DNA of 64,000 nt from positions 1,507,481 to 1,571,480 of the forward strand of contig MU004232.1 in the NCBI GenBank assembly GCA_010405405.1. Reading direction: 5' to 3'. A program made the translations under genes and the position numbers. Positions 1 through 11,264 of this stretch are shown here, piece after piece. This stretch comes from Microthyrium microscopicum (taxonomy: Eukaryota). How positions within the stretch are numbered: the first letter of the stretch is position 1; each line of letters opens with the position of its first letter. The notes below the pieces were generated by a model. It did not search any database, was not told the DNA's origin, and saw nothing but the letters and a program-made list of their open reading frames with translations.

Positions 1-90
1 GGAAAACTTATATTTCTTGCTTCTGATCCACTTCTCACCCTCGACAATGTTCTATATCATTGCAGCAACTGTCGCTAACGTAATGGACAG

Positions 91-938
91 CGATATCAAT
101 GCCGTTATAATGGATTACCTCCTCAGCGAGGGTTATCCAGACGCTGCCCAGAAGTTCGCTTCCGAGGCCAACTTGCTTCCAGAGCTGAGTATCGAAACCA
201 TCGAGCACAGAGTTGAGATTCGCAACTGCATATTGGCTGGAGATATCGAGACAGCGATTGAAAGAATTAATGATCTCAACCCGCAAGTAAGTCTTACCCA
301 AGTCTCATCTTTCTCAACTTCCATGATTATTTTGTTCATGCACCACTCATAGCTTCGGCTAGGATGATAATCAATACAACTTCAGTCCTCAGTATGATCG
401 GATTACCCACTAATTCAAGCATTCGTTTTGTTGAACCGAATTCATTGCTAACGCGCCATGACACTAGATTCTCGACAAGAATTCCAAGCTCCACTTTGCC
501 CTCCTTAGACTTCAACTCGTTGAAATTGTAAAACGTGGCGATCCGAACAATAAGGAGGATCTGATGAAGGCTATTAGTTTCGCCAACAAGCAGCTTGCCC
601 CTCGAGCCAAGGAGTCAAAAGAATTCATTGAAGATCTGGAAAAGGGAATGGCTTTGATTATTTTTCCCCGCGACAACCTTCCAGTCACTCTGAAGCCCTT
701 GCTCGACCCGGCCTTGCGATTCGATATCGCCGCTCAGGTCAATGAAGCCATTCTCTTGAGCTCTGGTTCTCGCCGAGAGGCTAGAATCAAGGATCTCATC
801 AAGCTCCGGCAATGGTCCGAGCAGAAGGCCAGAGATATGAAGAAGGCAATTCCGGCGCGACTTTCGCTGGGATTGAACCTTGATGATGAAACGGATGATG
901 ATAACATGAACGGTGATGGCGATGCAATGGTCACGTAG
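91..938 (+). CDS. GID8: LisH/CTLH/CRA domain protein, GID complex subunit Gid8-like (5' end lies upstream of window); exons 91-286, 468-938
   Basis: LisH motif DINAVIMDYLLSEGYPDAAQKFASEA; CTLH RVEIRNCILAGDIETAIERINDLNP; after intron 287-467 (GTAAGT..GCTAAC..TAG) reads ILDKNSKLHFALLRLQLVE and continues into ORF 564-938. Confidence 0.85.
321..402 (+). ncRNA. Candidate intron-encoded box C/D snoRNA (snR40/U32-like guide for 18S rRNA)
   Basis: Lies inside an unusually long (181 nt) intron; C-like ATGATTA (323), guide CATGCACCAC (337-346) antisense to conserved 18S GTGGTGCATG, TAGC-TTCG-GCTA hairpin, C'-like ATGATAA (364), D-like ATGA (394-397), short TCC/GGA terminal pairing. Confidence 0.55.
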
Positions 939-1334
939 CACGATAAATTGCGCAAGTGTGCTGAGGATATCAGAGCCGAAGAGCTGCTCTTGAGACAGCG
1001 TGGATGAATATGCCTTGACGCAAGCCAGATCCTTGTGCTCGTCCGGCTGCTGGACCTCGTTGCCAGTATTATTGGATTTGAGTGGGATCGTGACAGGCTT
1101 CCAGAATTTCAGAACTTGGTCAACCATTAATGCTGCGTTCACTAGCTATTTGCTTGAAACCTTGAGATACCACAATTGAATTCTTGTATTACTACTGCAA
1201 CATAACCATTCTTTTATGCTCTATTACGTCAGTCTCTCAACTAATCGGCACTCATGGTCGATTGGGCCTGGGATTTGCAACTACACATGATTAAATTGAC
1301 ATCACAAGGGACAGCTCAGCAAAGTTTGGATCAA

Positions 1335-3391
1335 TTACGGTGATCGCTCGCGCTTCAACTCCTCCTCCAATTGCTGTTCCAAACGCGAGTCCATATCTGA
1401 AAGCTCTTGCAACCGGGACAGTCTTGCTCTCTCTTCTCGAATGCGGTTCTGCTGCTCCCGCAGAGCGTTGATATTGCTGTTTGTACTCGGCGAGATAGCA
1501 TCAGTAGCTGACGACGACACACTCGTTCTGTCAACAGGCGTACTTGGAAAAGCAACTGGCTGAGACCCCGACAGCAGCGAGTGCGCAGCCTGAGGGGATC
1601 CTTCATAATGCGTTACAGCGGAATGGCTGGGACTTTCAGTTGCTCGCGCGGCGGATTGCTCAGACAAATTATCCGAGATTCGTGACATTGGACGGTTCTC
1701 ACCAGACAGTTCTGGCAAGCGATTGTCCCTTTGTGAAACCGGACGAGCTTCTGCTGGCATTTCTGACATGATCGGGTAGTATGTGTTGTTGGGATAGTTT
1801 TGATATGCTTCACTGTGTTGAGGTGGGCTGCCAACGATATTGGACGAGACGCCTCTGGTGGAGACAGCTGCTATGGGTGGTTTCGCGCTTTCAGGACGGT
1901 ATGTGTTCTCAGGAGGATAGGCGGTTGCGAGAGTGTTGATTTGGTGGCCTCCGCCATAGCCAGTCCCTAGAAAGATCATTATTAGCGATTTGTTCCCTTT
2001 GAAAAGAGTAGTGGCGAACAACTGGGCGACAGAATATGTGGCACGCTCCCATCAGGTATGAGGTCTACCATCTGCTCCGCTTTATGCCGAGCTATGTTAT
2101 CTCCTTTTAGTGTATATAGAACTTGATTCACCGTCGAATGCATTGGGATTGAAAGCAGCTTTTCTTTAAGAGGTGCGATGGGAGGCATCAAACTTGTTCG
2201 GATCGCGCATTTATTTTGTCACCCGGTTGGCGAAGTATACATACCAACTTCTGCTGTTTCATATGCTGCTTCTTCCGCTTGGGTGAACGGCTTGTTCTTC
2301 CGAGCACGACGGCATAGAAGTACCACTGCGAGTATGCTGAGTGCAAGGAAAGCTAACGCCCCGATTACTGCACCTGCGATGACGCCAGCAGACGATTTCT
2401 TTTTCTTCACAGAAGCCGGGGGAGGCTTAGTGGAGGATGCATTTCCAGATTGTTGAGCGATCCAGCTAAGGACTTGTTGGTCTGTAGACTGCCACCTGAT
2501 ATTCACAGGCCAGGCTATCAGACTGGCATCAACTGAGCCCGACAAGAGCGTTGTCTCAGATAACGGAGCCTGAGATGCTAATGGTATGGTACCTGTAGTA
2601 GATGTTGCAATCGACGTGTAGTGTACGGTGACAGTGAATGGGGGCCCAACTCGCGGAGCCGTAGACGCGGACGACTTCAGGTTGGGTTTGTTGTTTATGA
2701 AGCTGTGGCACTGAGAGGCGGAGTATTGATAGCCTCTAAAAAATTAGAAGTCGTCAGCTTGGTTCCGACGTTCATTGGGCATAAGTAGAGAGTAGCTTAC
2801 GTGGGACAGCAGTTACCCGCTGTTTCTGTGACCGAACCTGCGGGTTGGTAGATACTCGTGGTGTCGATAGAATAACCTGATGGGCAGAATCCTGGAGAGT
2901 AAGTAGTAATTGACGTTCCAATAGCTGGTTGGAAAGCAGTTCGGGCGATCAGACCCTGCAATTGTTAACTTTTAGTGAACATACCTACACTGAAGGACAT
3001 GTATATGAAGGAGATGCAGGCGAATATAATGAGAGTATTTACCGGGAAGCGCGAGCAATGGTATGCTCCCTGGTAGGTAGGCAGGATTGTTTGCGTAAGC
3101 AGATAATTCAGAAACGCACGAGGCTGCAGGTGTGAAGCTTGTTGTCAAAGGTTTTACTACTGTTGCAGTAGAGGTACTGGTTGGGTACGACGCCACGGAA
3201 ACGTATGTATATCCGCTTGATATTATTGTATAAGATGTCTGGTATCCGTATACAGAATATGTGACTAAGGCGGTGCTGCTTGGATCGCGGGTGTCAGTAG
3301 TAGTAACGCCAATGCCGTAAGTTGCAATCGATGTATCTCTTCTCTCAATTGGTTGTCCCAATGCCCCCATTAGCCGAAGTAGGTTCACCAT
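1335..3391 (-). CDS. Multi-exon single-pass membrane protein with Ser/Thr-rich, Cys-containing ectodomain (Mid2/Wsc-like architecture)
   Basis: ORF pieces 2972-3658, 2219-2545 (TM GVIAGAVIGALAFLALSILAVVLLC followed by RRARK) and 1335-2021 (cytoplasmic SEMPA/PELS motifs, C-terminal coiled coil); YSPGFCPSGY..CCP motif near 2800-2900; exon boundaries approximate. Confidence 0.6.
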
Positions 3392-4265
3392 CTTGCTCGT
3401 GAAACAGATTGTAATTCTGGAACAAACAAAAAGATGAAGAGGATTTTTTTCAGAACTCAAGAAGAATGGCGGATGTTTAGGACCCAGTTGCTGGGGAAGT
3501 CTGAACTGCTTTTCGCCCAGCCTAGTATTGTCCAAAGGAATATGCGTATGCGGCTCTTGCAGAAGGCCCAAAAGTGCCTTGATGCTCCCTGCAATTTTTC
3601 CGCATTTGGGATATGGAAATGGCCCGTTAGCCAATGGTACGGGGAGCTGAGTGATCAAAGATGCATGACGGCTCGTGCATCGAAGGATGCAAGTTCAGCG
3701 TCCATGGTTTCACAGTCAAATAAGTATATCAATGGGCTCTAGATCAAGTCTAAGCATACGATAACCTCGAAAATCCTCGTAACGGAGTCTTCTATGTGGA
3801 ATTTGTCACTGGATCATAATTCCTAAGCGATTGCCCTTGGCTGGGGGTAAAAAAGAAGACATCTAAAATTCATCAGGCTGAACACTGGCGGTGTTATGGG
3901 GCGGAGTCCACAGGTGCAGTTTCGTACATGGTGGCTTTTTATATTATATTCCACTGGTCAATATATGCCGGCAGTACCGCATTGAGAATCTGTTATCTGG
4001 CACCAAATCTGAGATATTCTCCAACGATTGTGCCGTTCGATTCTCACAACGAAGACAGACTGTACAGAATATTGCTTTTGTGGCCAGCCCCATACCCGGT
4101 TTTCAGCCTGATGGCGAGGTCAGGGAGTACGAAACCAGTATGTCACTCTTCCATCTCAAGAGCACGACGAAACGCGATTGTAGTATCCCTTGAGATACTA
4201 CTCGGTGAATATCAGAAGGTTCATATTTACAACACTTAGAGCATTCAATCAAAATGTAATGAAGA

Positions 4266-4478
4266 CAACGGCATGGCAAAATAAATGGCGTACTCCCATC
4301 TACTCTGATGTCTACCACCAGCGCTGCTAACCAAAAGGTGCTTTAATTCCCATCGTATCTAATAAAGATCCCCAGCCTAAACGCCGGTTATGGCGAAAAA
4401 AGCACTTAATCACCAAGCGTAGCATCTGGGTGCCATCAGGGTAGATGGGAGTACGCCATTTATTTTGCCATGCCGTTG
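4266..4478. mobile_element. MITE (non-autonomous DNA transposon), copy 1, 213 bp
   Basis: Perfect 38-bp TIR CAACGGCATGGCAAAATAAATGGCGTACTCCCATCTAC / GTAGATGGGAGTACGCCATTTATTTTGCCATGCCGTTG, flanked by direct repeat TGAAGA (4260-4265, 4479-4484); no ORF. Confidence 0.9.
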
Positions 4479-4726
4479 TGAAGAGTAATCTTGTAGGGGC
4501 GACGAATAAATGTGGCTGGTGCTTTGCGCCGCCCCCTTTCATCTGGGTCAGCTCATCAGAGTTTCTGAGTCTTACATCTACCTTATAGGTCACTCTACCT
4601 TCATTCATCTACCTCAGCATAATAATCGCGGATCTACTTGTTCATCAGTCTGACCGATTACCGCGCCTCCTTGTGGAAATACCTGTCTGGTAGAATCCCG
4701 AGTCTTCTGGAAGCCGCCTGAATAGA

Positions 4727-5722
4727 ATGCCTGAGCAGCCCACGTTGGTTTTTGTCCCTGGCTCGTGGCACAAGCCTTCATGTTACTGCAAGATTACCAA
4801 ACTTCTGGAAAAGCAACATAAACTCAAGTGCGTTTCAATCACTTTACCTTCGACAACTGGCAATCCAGCAGCAACGTTCAAGGATGACATTGAAGCCACT
4901 CGAGCAGCAATTACTGCAGAAATAGACTCTGGAAAAGATGTGGTAGTGATAGCTCACTCTTACGGGGGCATGGTTGGCAACAGCGCCATCAAGAACTATA
5001 CCCGATCGAGAGACGTCGCTGCAAACAGTTCTCCTGCTGAAGCAGAGGGCCAGCAGGCAGGTCAATATCAAAACCCAAGATCTGGCCATGTCATTGGTCT
5101 TATTCTCATCGCCTCTGGCTTCACATTAACAGGAATGGCCTTTATGGACCCTTTCTTCGGCCACCCGCCTCCATCCTGGCGCGTTAACAAAGAAACAGGT
5201 TATGCTGACCTCGTCGCCCGTCCTCAAGATCTATTTTATCACGACTTGCCGAAAGACGAGGCAGACTACTGGGCTTCTCAACTTACTACACAGAGCCTCA
5301 AAGCCTTGTTCGAAGGAGGAGAATTCGCATATGCTGGTTGGCTAGATGTTCCATCGTGGTACATCGGGACAGTTGAAGACCAGGGGCTGCCAGTACTGGC
5401 GCAACGAATGACAGTGGGTATGGCCAGGGAAATGGGTGGTCTTGTTGAACACAGAGAGTTGCAAACAAGCCATTCACCATTCCTGAGTAAGCCCGAAGAG
5501 ACGACCAGCATCATAGTAGATGCCGTCGAAGCATTCACGGGGAAGAAAGTAGAAAAGAGGTTAGCTGCAAACTACCAACGCAAAGGTATAGCTGTGCCAG
5601 GAACCAGGCTTTTGAAACCTGTTACATGGTTCAAGTTCGGATTGCCGATGCTCTTTGGGCGTGTAATGGGACGAGGGTTTCTAACCTTTCGCTGGATTCG
5701 AAGCTGGTGGGTTGCTACCTAG
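4727..5722 (+). CDS. Alpha/beta-hydrolase (Abhydrolase_6, methylesterase-like)
   Basis: LVFVPGSWH, nucleophile elbow AHSYGG, C-terminal SHSPFLS; intronless 331 aa. Confidence 0.9.
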   Translation: MPEQPTLVFVPGSWHKPSCYCKITKLLEKQHKLKCVSITLPSTTGNPAATFKDDIEATRAAITAEIDSGKDVVVIAHSYGGMVGNSAIKNYTRSRDVAANSSPAEAEGQQAGQYQNPRSGHVIGLILIASGFTLTGMAFMDPFFGHPPPSWRVNKETGYADLVARPQDLFYHDLPKDEADYWASQLTTQSLKALFEGGEFAYAGWLDVPSWYIGTVEDQGLPVLAQRMTVGMAREMGGLVEHRELQTSHSPFLSKPEETTSIIVDAVEAFTGKKVEKRLAANYQRKGIAVPGTRLLKPVTWFKFGLPMLFGRVMGRGFLTFRWIRSWWVAT

Positions 5723-6151
5723 TCCATGCTGCGAAGTGTGTTTGACTAAGTATGATATGCGATGTATAATATTGTCAGATTCTCCACTCTCAACCAAAAA
5801 CCCAGAGAAGATTTAGATACCCCCAATTTTCTTCTCTCACTGCAATTTTCAATTAACCAAGCCATATTCTGAATTGAAGCAGAGATTCGGATTCGGACAT
5901 GACACCTGCGCATATGATCAGTTTTCAACCTTACAATCCCTTCAAGCTGATTTGGAGGATTGGCGACTTGAACTGGAAGGCTCCCTTCAAGTTCGTGCCA
6001 GAACCTTCTTAAAGTTGAAAAAAGGATAGTTTGGTGGCTGAGAGCTTGTAAACGCAGTCTAATTGTCGTCTATGGTCCCATAGACAGTGGCCAAAGAAGT
6101 CGAAGTTGAAAGTACCCGCATGAGAATGCGGAGCAGTGTAAGTAAGAGGGC

Positions 6152-6364
6152 CAACCGATAGACACAATAAATGGCGTGCCCCCATCGACCTCGATGGCTT
6201 CTACACAACACGCACTAGTATCGAGTGCTTTATTTACCATCTAGGGCGTTCAGACTTAGATATCTTATTGAATGCGATGGAAAATATAACACCTCATAAT
6301 TAAAAGCGTTGGTGGGAGCCAGCGAAGTTGATGGGAAAACGTCAGTTATTTTGTCATGCGGTTG
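6152..6364. mobile_element. MITE copy 2 (degenerate TIRs, opposite orientation to copy 1), 213 bp
   Basis: CAACCGATAGACACAATAAATGGCGTGCCCCCATC ... GATGGGAAAACGTCAGTTATTTTGTCATGCGGTTG; flanking direct repeat AGGGC (6147-6151, 6365-6369); interior aligns with copy 3. Confidence 0.8.
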
Positions 6365-6760
6365 AGGGCCTATAACGTGGCAATGCTCAGCTGTATGTCG
6401 TCTTTAGAAGGACTAGTTCTTTGGGACTAGACCGTCGTAATCTAGATAAGATATTTGAAGCTTTCGGGTGTTTGAAGCAATAAAGATAGATCTTCGAAAG
6501 TAATCAACTAAAATAGGCTTTTAAAGTATGGAGTAAAGTGAAGTTAATTTAGTGCCGTTGTTTAATTAATCATCTACAGCAACCAAATCAATAAAGCTCA
6601 CTGCTGACATTACAGGCAAATCGAGATGTTGGACTGCTGCTATTAAAACATTCCGTTCAGACTTCTCTACTCCGGAGTGGGTAGACTTCCGCTTCACTCT
6701 TCAAGCACAAACATCAAGCAGCAGAGGCATTCGACATTTCGACCAACACTCCTCCTCAGT

Positions 6761-7303
6761 ATGATCGCATCACTCGTAATCGCTCTCTTGACTACCTCTG
6801 CTCTATCAATACCAACACAAGAGGCCGATCGCAGCTGCAGTGCAGAACCAATATGGAGCCTGAGCAATATCGAATACTATTCTCACATAATTTATTCAAC
6901 ACCTGCCCATCCAGCCATTCACGCCACTATCTCCTTTAATGTCACAAATACCGAAACGAAAGACACGACACATTGTGCAGCACACAGCCATGAATTTCCA
7001 GAGTTCTTTTACGGAAGAAATGTCTACAAATGCGACAATCCAGCTGGCGCAGGTACCAATCCGAAGGAGGTCACTAGCTTTTCATTTTCCAAGTCGAACT
7101 CCTCGCTTGTAGTAAACCAGTCTTGGGCTTGTGGATCTACCAATACAGTCAGGAATATGACAGCAGAAAGTCCAGTCCAGCTGAGTTGCGACACCCAGAA
7201 ATACAAAAACCCGAATTGGAAGGCAGGAGAGACATACGAATCCACCAAAGTCATCTGCCAGCCAAGTAGCTTGAAGCTCACTCCATTACAAATCGCCAAT
7301 TGA
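6761..7303 (+). CDS. Small secreted Cys-containing protein, AA1-like (Alt a 1-related) fold
   Basis: Signal peptide MIASLVIALLTTSALS; pattern W..Y.S..IYSTPAH..ISFNVTN..C..FFYG..Y.C..SFSF..L.VNQSW.C typical of AA1-like proteins; 180 aa from ATG 6761. Confidence 0.75.
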   Translation: MIASLVIALLTTSALSIPTQEADRSCSAEPIWSLSNIEYYSHIIYSTPAHPAIHATISFNVTNTETKDTTHCAAHSHEFPEFFYGRNVYKCDNPAGAGTNPKEVTSFSFSKSNSSLVVNQSWACGSTNTVRNMTAESPVQLSCDTQKYKNPNWKAGETYESTKVICQPSSLKLTPLQIAN

Positions 7304-7735
7304 AGGTGGAAGAGTCCTCAGTTCGGGAATGGACAAGCATGTATCTCAAGCATAGTTCTTTGGTTTACTGTCAGTAGTTCAAGAGGTTTTCCAGTTAGAT
7401 CAAGGCTCGTTAATGTTTGTTGATAGATCTAATGCTATAATTCAAAGTTTCGCTTATTTCAAGTTTACTGTGATGCTTTTCAGGCTTATGAAGTTGTTTA
7501 TGTATGCTTCTCGTGTTTTCGGAAGACACGCTAGATCAATTCTCAGTCATAAACGGCGCTGCTAAACACTTAGTTAGTCGTACTGGAGGCAAGGTGACCA
7601 AATCAAGCGATCAGGTCACCATGAGCCAGAAGGTTTAAGCATTTCAGTTGTGATGTGACCTCATGACACCTCTGATCGCGAAGATTTGAAAAAGGACGTC
7701 GTTGTATGGCTAAGCTGAAAAATAGCAGAGCACAA

Positions 7736-7948
7736 CAACAGGTCGGCAGAATAAATGGCGCGCTCCCATCAGCCTCGTTAGGTTATAGAGGCTACGATTT
7801 TTAGTCGAGTGCTTTATTTGCCTTGAAGGCTGTTTAGATTCGAATGGTTTATCGAATATAATAGGAAATATAGCACCTTTTGCTTAAGAGCGTTGATGGC
7901 AGCCATTAGAGTTGATGGGAGAGCGCCATTCATTTTGCTATGCCGTTG
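7736..7948. mobile_element. MITE copy 3 (same orientation as copy 2), 213 bp
   Basis: CAACAGGTCGGCAGAATAAATGGCGCGCTCCCATC ... GATGGGAGAGCGCCATTCATTTTGCTATGCCGTTG; direct repeat CACAA (7731-7735, 7949-7953); interior GGAAATATAGCACCTTTTG matches reverse complement of copy 1. Confidence 0.85.
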
Positions 7949-8437
7949 CACAAACCTCTCATATTAAACTTGAATTACAATTGTCGAGCACTGATGACTA
8001 CAGACATCAAGCAAATCACGTATAGTTGTTTCAATACGATTTCGATGATCTGTACACCTCTTCACTCTATAACAACTGCACATCCCAAGGTCGGCGTTTC
8101 GATTTGTATTGGTCAAATCTTCCTAAACTAGCATCAAATCGGATTCGAAGTCGAACTCTTGCTGAAGTAGCTACACATACTGTCGTCAGTTTCTCAAAGT
8201 GTGTCCGTTCTGATACCATGCTGTGCGTCCATTGTGGTGGATGTAGGTTTCCGAGTGCCAAAGAGTACTACTCCAAACTAACGTTACTTTGCAGCTGGCC
8301 ATCAAGCTCACACATGTGCCATACAATGTAGAATATGTGGTATTCGTAGGTGCATCCCAATACTAACGAGCTCAATTAATGGGATTATAGGCGGACACCA
8401 CCAGAAAATTTGCTCCGAAAATACTACCACAAACCCA

Positions 8438-8884
8438 ATGTCATCATGGAATCGAAACTCCCCACCTCACCAAGCTCCGATTGCGCCAGTGCCCAGCCTC
8501 CTGGGCCCGACGGTCCCATCCTCAGCGACTCCAGGTTCAGTGATTCCTGATGCAGTGGTCCCAGCTATCGTTGTTTCAGCGTCAATTCCTACGACACGCC
8601 GCAGAGGTAAGAAGAACCGGAAACGAAGGAAAGGAACTGCAAAAATGTGTTCTCAATGTGAAGAAGAAGGACATGATGTTTCTAGTTGCCCAATAACAAT
8701 ATGTAGATCATGCGGCGGCTATGGCCATATGCTCCCTCGCTGTCCTGAGAGCATTTATGAATGGTGTGGTGGAGGCTTTTGCTTCTGGTGTGATGGCATG
8801 GAGCATCGAATAGAGGACTGTCCTGTGCGGTTATTTGGCCAACATAAGAGGTATGGCGAATTTCATGGCAGACATCATAGTTGA
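8438..8884 (+). CDS. Small CCHC zinc-knuckle protein
   Basis: Three CX2CX4HX4C knuckles (CSQCEEEGHDVSSC, CRSCGGYGHMLPRC, CFWCDGMEHRIEDC) preceded by basic NLS-like RRRGKKNRKRRK. Confidence 0.65.
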   Translation: MSSWNRNSPPHQAPIAPVPSLLGPTVPSSATPGSVIPDAVVPAIVVSASIPTTRRRGKKNRKRRKGTAKMCSQCEEEGHDVSSCPITICRSCGGYGHMLPRCPESIYEWCGGGFCFWCDGMEHRIEDCPVRLFGQHKRYGEFHGRHHS

Positions 8885-9374
8885 TCGAAACCTCTAGCGG
8901 GATCGCTTTTCGAATATTGAAGAATTGGTAGCCTAGATATCGACTAACATTTTGTGCACTAGAACTTTATCCTTATGAGATCCGCAATGGTGGCGAAAGT
9001 CATGTGGAAAGAGAAAGAAGGACATGTCGTCAGCAGAAGCTTCGGAATATATTGTACAAGTCAGGGGTACGTAGATATTCGTGGGGCAGAAGTTAGAACC
9101 TAGTAAACATGGCATGTAGGAGATGCTCCATCCTTGTTCGTTTCAAGTGTCTCAGCGAATTATGGTGCGAGATGCCCTGACTACAAGCTTCAGACATGAA
9201 GCCGAGGCGCAGACATACATATTGCCCGCCACCTATCTTCACATGGCATTGGGGAACAATGGCAATGCGATCATATGTAAACGATGATGCCTAGTTGAGG
9301 CCGAGAGCTTTAAAGCTTTGGTGTTTTCCACTTCAAGCTTCAAAACTTGTCCACACATACTCTTATCAGTCATT

Positions 9375-11076
9375 ATGAAGAAGTTACAAACCTTAGCAGC
9401 GACCGTTGTCTTTTCTGCTGCGGCAGAGGCAATGGCAGCTATGATCTCAATCCCACAATATCTTCCTACAAAGTCATTTGCGACGACATTTTTGGGTGCC
9501 ATCTTTTTGACCATCACAGTATGGAGCTTTTATCAGATGTTCATTTATCCATCCTTTGTCAGTCCGTTACGACATCTCCCACATCCAAAGGTAAATTCCG
9601 AGTGTAACCGCAATGTTCTTAGCTAACACATTACAGGGCGGCAATCTGTTCTTGGGCCACGGTCTATCGCTCTTCAAACGACCCCCAGGAAACGATTTCT
9701 TGAAGTGGATGAATGAAATCCCAAACGACGGAGTACTCATGTTCAACGGCTTCGGCAATCAACCACGTATTGTGTTGACCAATCCACGAGCTCTCAGTGA
9801 AGTTCTCGTAACCAAAACCTACGACTTCAAGAAACCAAAGCCACTTCGAACCTTTCTACGACGTATACTTGGAGATGGTCTCATTATTGTTGAGGGAGAA
9901 GAACATAAGTTCCAGCGCAAGCATGTTATGCCAGTGTTTAGCTTCCGACACATCAAGGAGCTTTATCCCATGATATGGAAGAAGGCTGTCGCATTGACGC
10001 AGGGCATTGAAGCAGAAATGGCCGAAAAGATGGATCTGTCCATGGGCGAGAAGTCCAAACACAACGTTGTGGAAGTAAACCACTGGGCAAATAAAGTAAC
10101 AATGGACATCATCGGTGTAGCAGGACTGGGTCGAGAATTCAACGCATTGAAGAATTCGGATGATCCTCTGGTCCACAACTACGAAGAAATCCTCGAGCCA
10201 ACTACCGAAAAGCTTACCTTCTTTGCGATGCAAATCATCTTGCCTCAATTCATCGTCAACCGCTTACCTTGGAAGATCAACGAGAGAGTCCGCGTGATCA
10301 CCAGCAACCTCAACCGCATCTGTGGCGAGCTTGTCGCCGACAAACGTGCGCTTATTAAAGCCGATGCCGACGAGCATCTCGACATTCTCTCGGTCCTGAT
10401 CAAATCCAACAACTTCTCTGACAAGCAACTTGTCGATCAACTTCTGACTTTCCTCGCTGCCGGTCATGAAACGACTTCAAGCGCATTCACTTGGGTCACC
10501 TACCTCCTCTCCACCCACCCCGAGATCCAAACCCGCCTACGCGAAGAAATCCGCAAACACATCCCCACCAACCCAGGCCCAGACTTCGATCTGGCCACAG
10601 TACTCGAAGCCATGCCACTACTAAACGGTGTCTGCAACGAGACACTACGCCTCTACCCCACAGTCCCCATCACCATCCGAGATTGCTACACAGATACCAC
10701 TGTATGCGATCACTACATCCCACGTGGAACGCAAGTTCATCTTGTGCCCTGGGCAACCAACCGCCTACCAGAGTTCTGGGGATCCAATGCCGGCGACTTT
10801 GTACCAGATCGATGGATCGACAAAGAGACTGGCCGACCCAACAACACTGGCGGGTCAAGTAGTAACTACAACATCTTGACCTTCTTGCATGGGCCTCGGT
10901 CGTGTATTGGGGAGAAATTCGCAAAGGCAGAACTGCGTTGTTTGGTGGCGGCGATGGTTGGTGCTTATGAGATGGAGTATGCGGATCCGAGTGTTGAAGC
11001 TATACCGCATGGTGTGATTACGACGAAGCCAAGATGGGGTATGGAGTTGCGTTTGAAGTCATTACAGCAATGGTGA
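9375..11076 (+). CDS. Cytochrome P450 monooxygenase; exons 9375-9590, 9637-11076
   Basis: N-terminal TM anchor and PLRHLPHP; AGHETT, ETLR, PDRW, heme motif FLHGPRSCIG; intron GTAAAT..GCTAAC..TACAG. Confidence 0.95.
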
Positions 11077-11264
11077 GAAGCTACTCTGTAAATGTTTTGG
11101 GCTAAACCAGGGGTTGCGGTATGTCCTTCTACAGTAGATGGCTAGAATTGCAGCTTCGTTCGATGATTATGTCTCATGTTTGTTTATTTGTTTAAGACTA
11201 TTCCTGTATCGTTAGATAGGCTCCATGATATAGACACGACTTTTAAATGCATCACGTCAGCGTC

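Noticed and set aside
7593..7679. Imperfect inverted repeat GCGATCAG..CATGAG / CTCATG..CTGATCGC
   Set aside because: Short, gapped, single copy, no TSD; may be chance
6152..7948. Composite transposon carrying the AA1-like gene between MITE copies 2 and 3
   Set aside because: Each copy has its own different target-site duplication, indicating independent insertions
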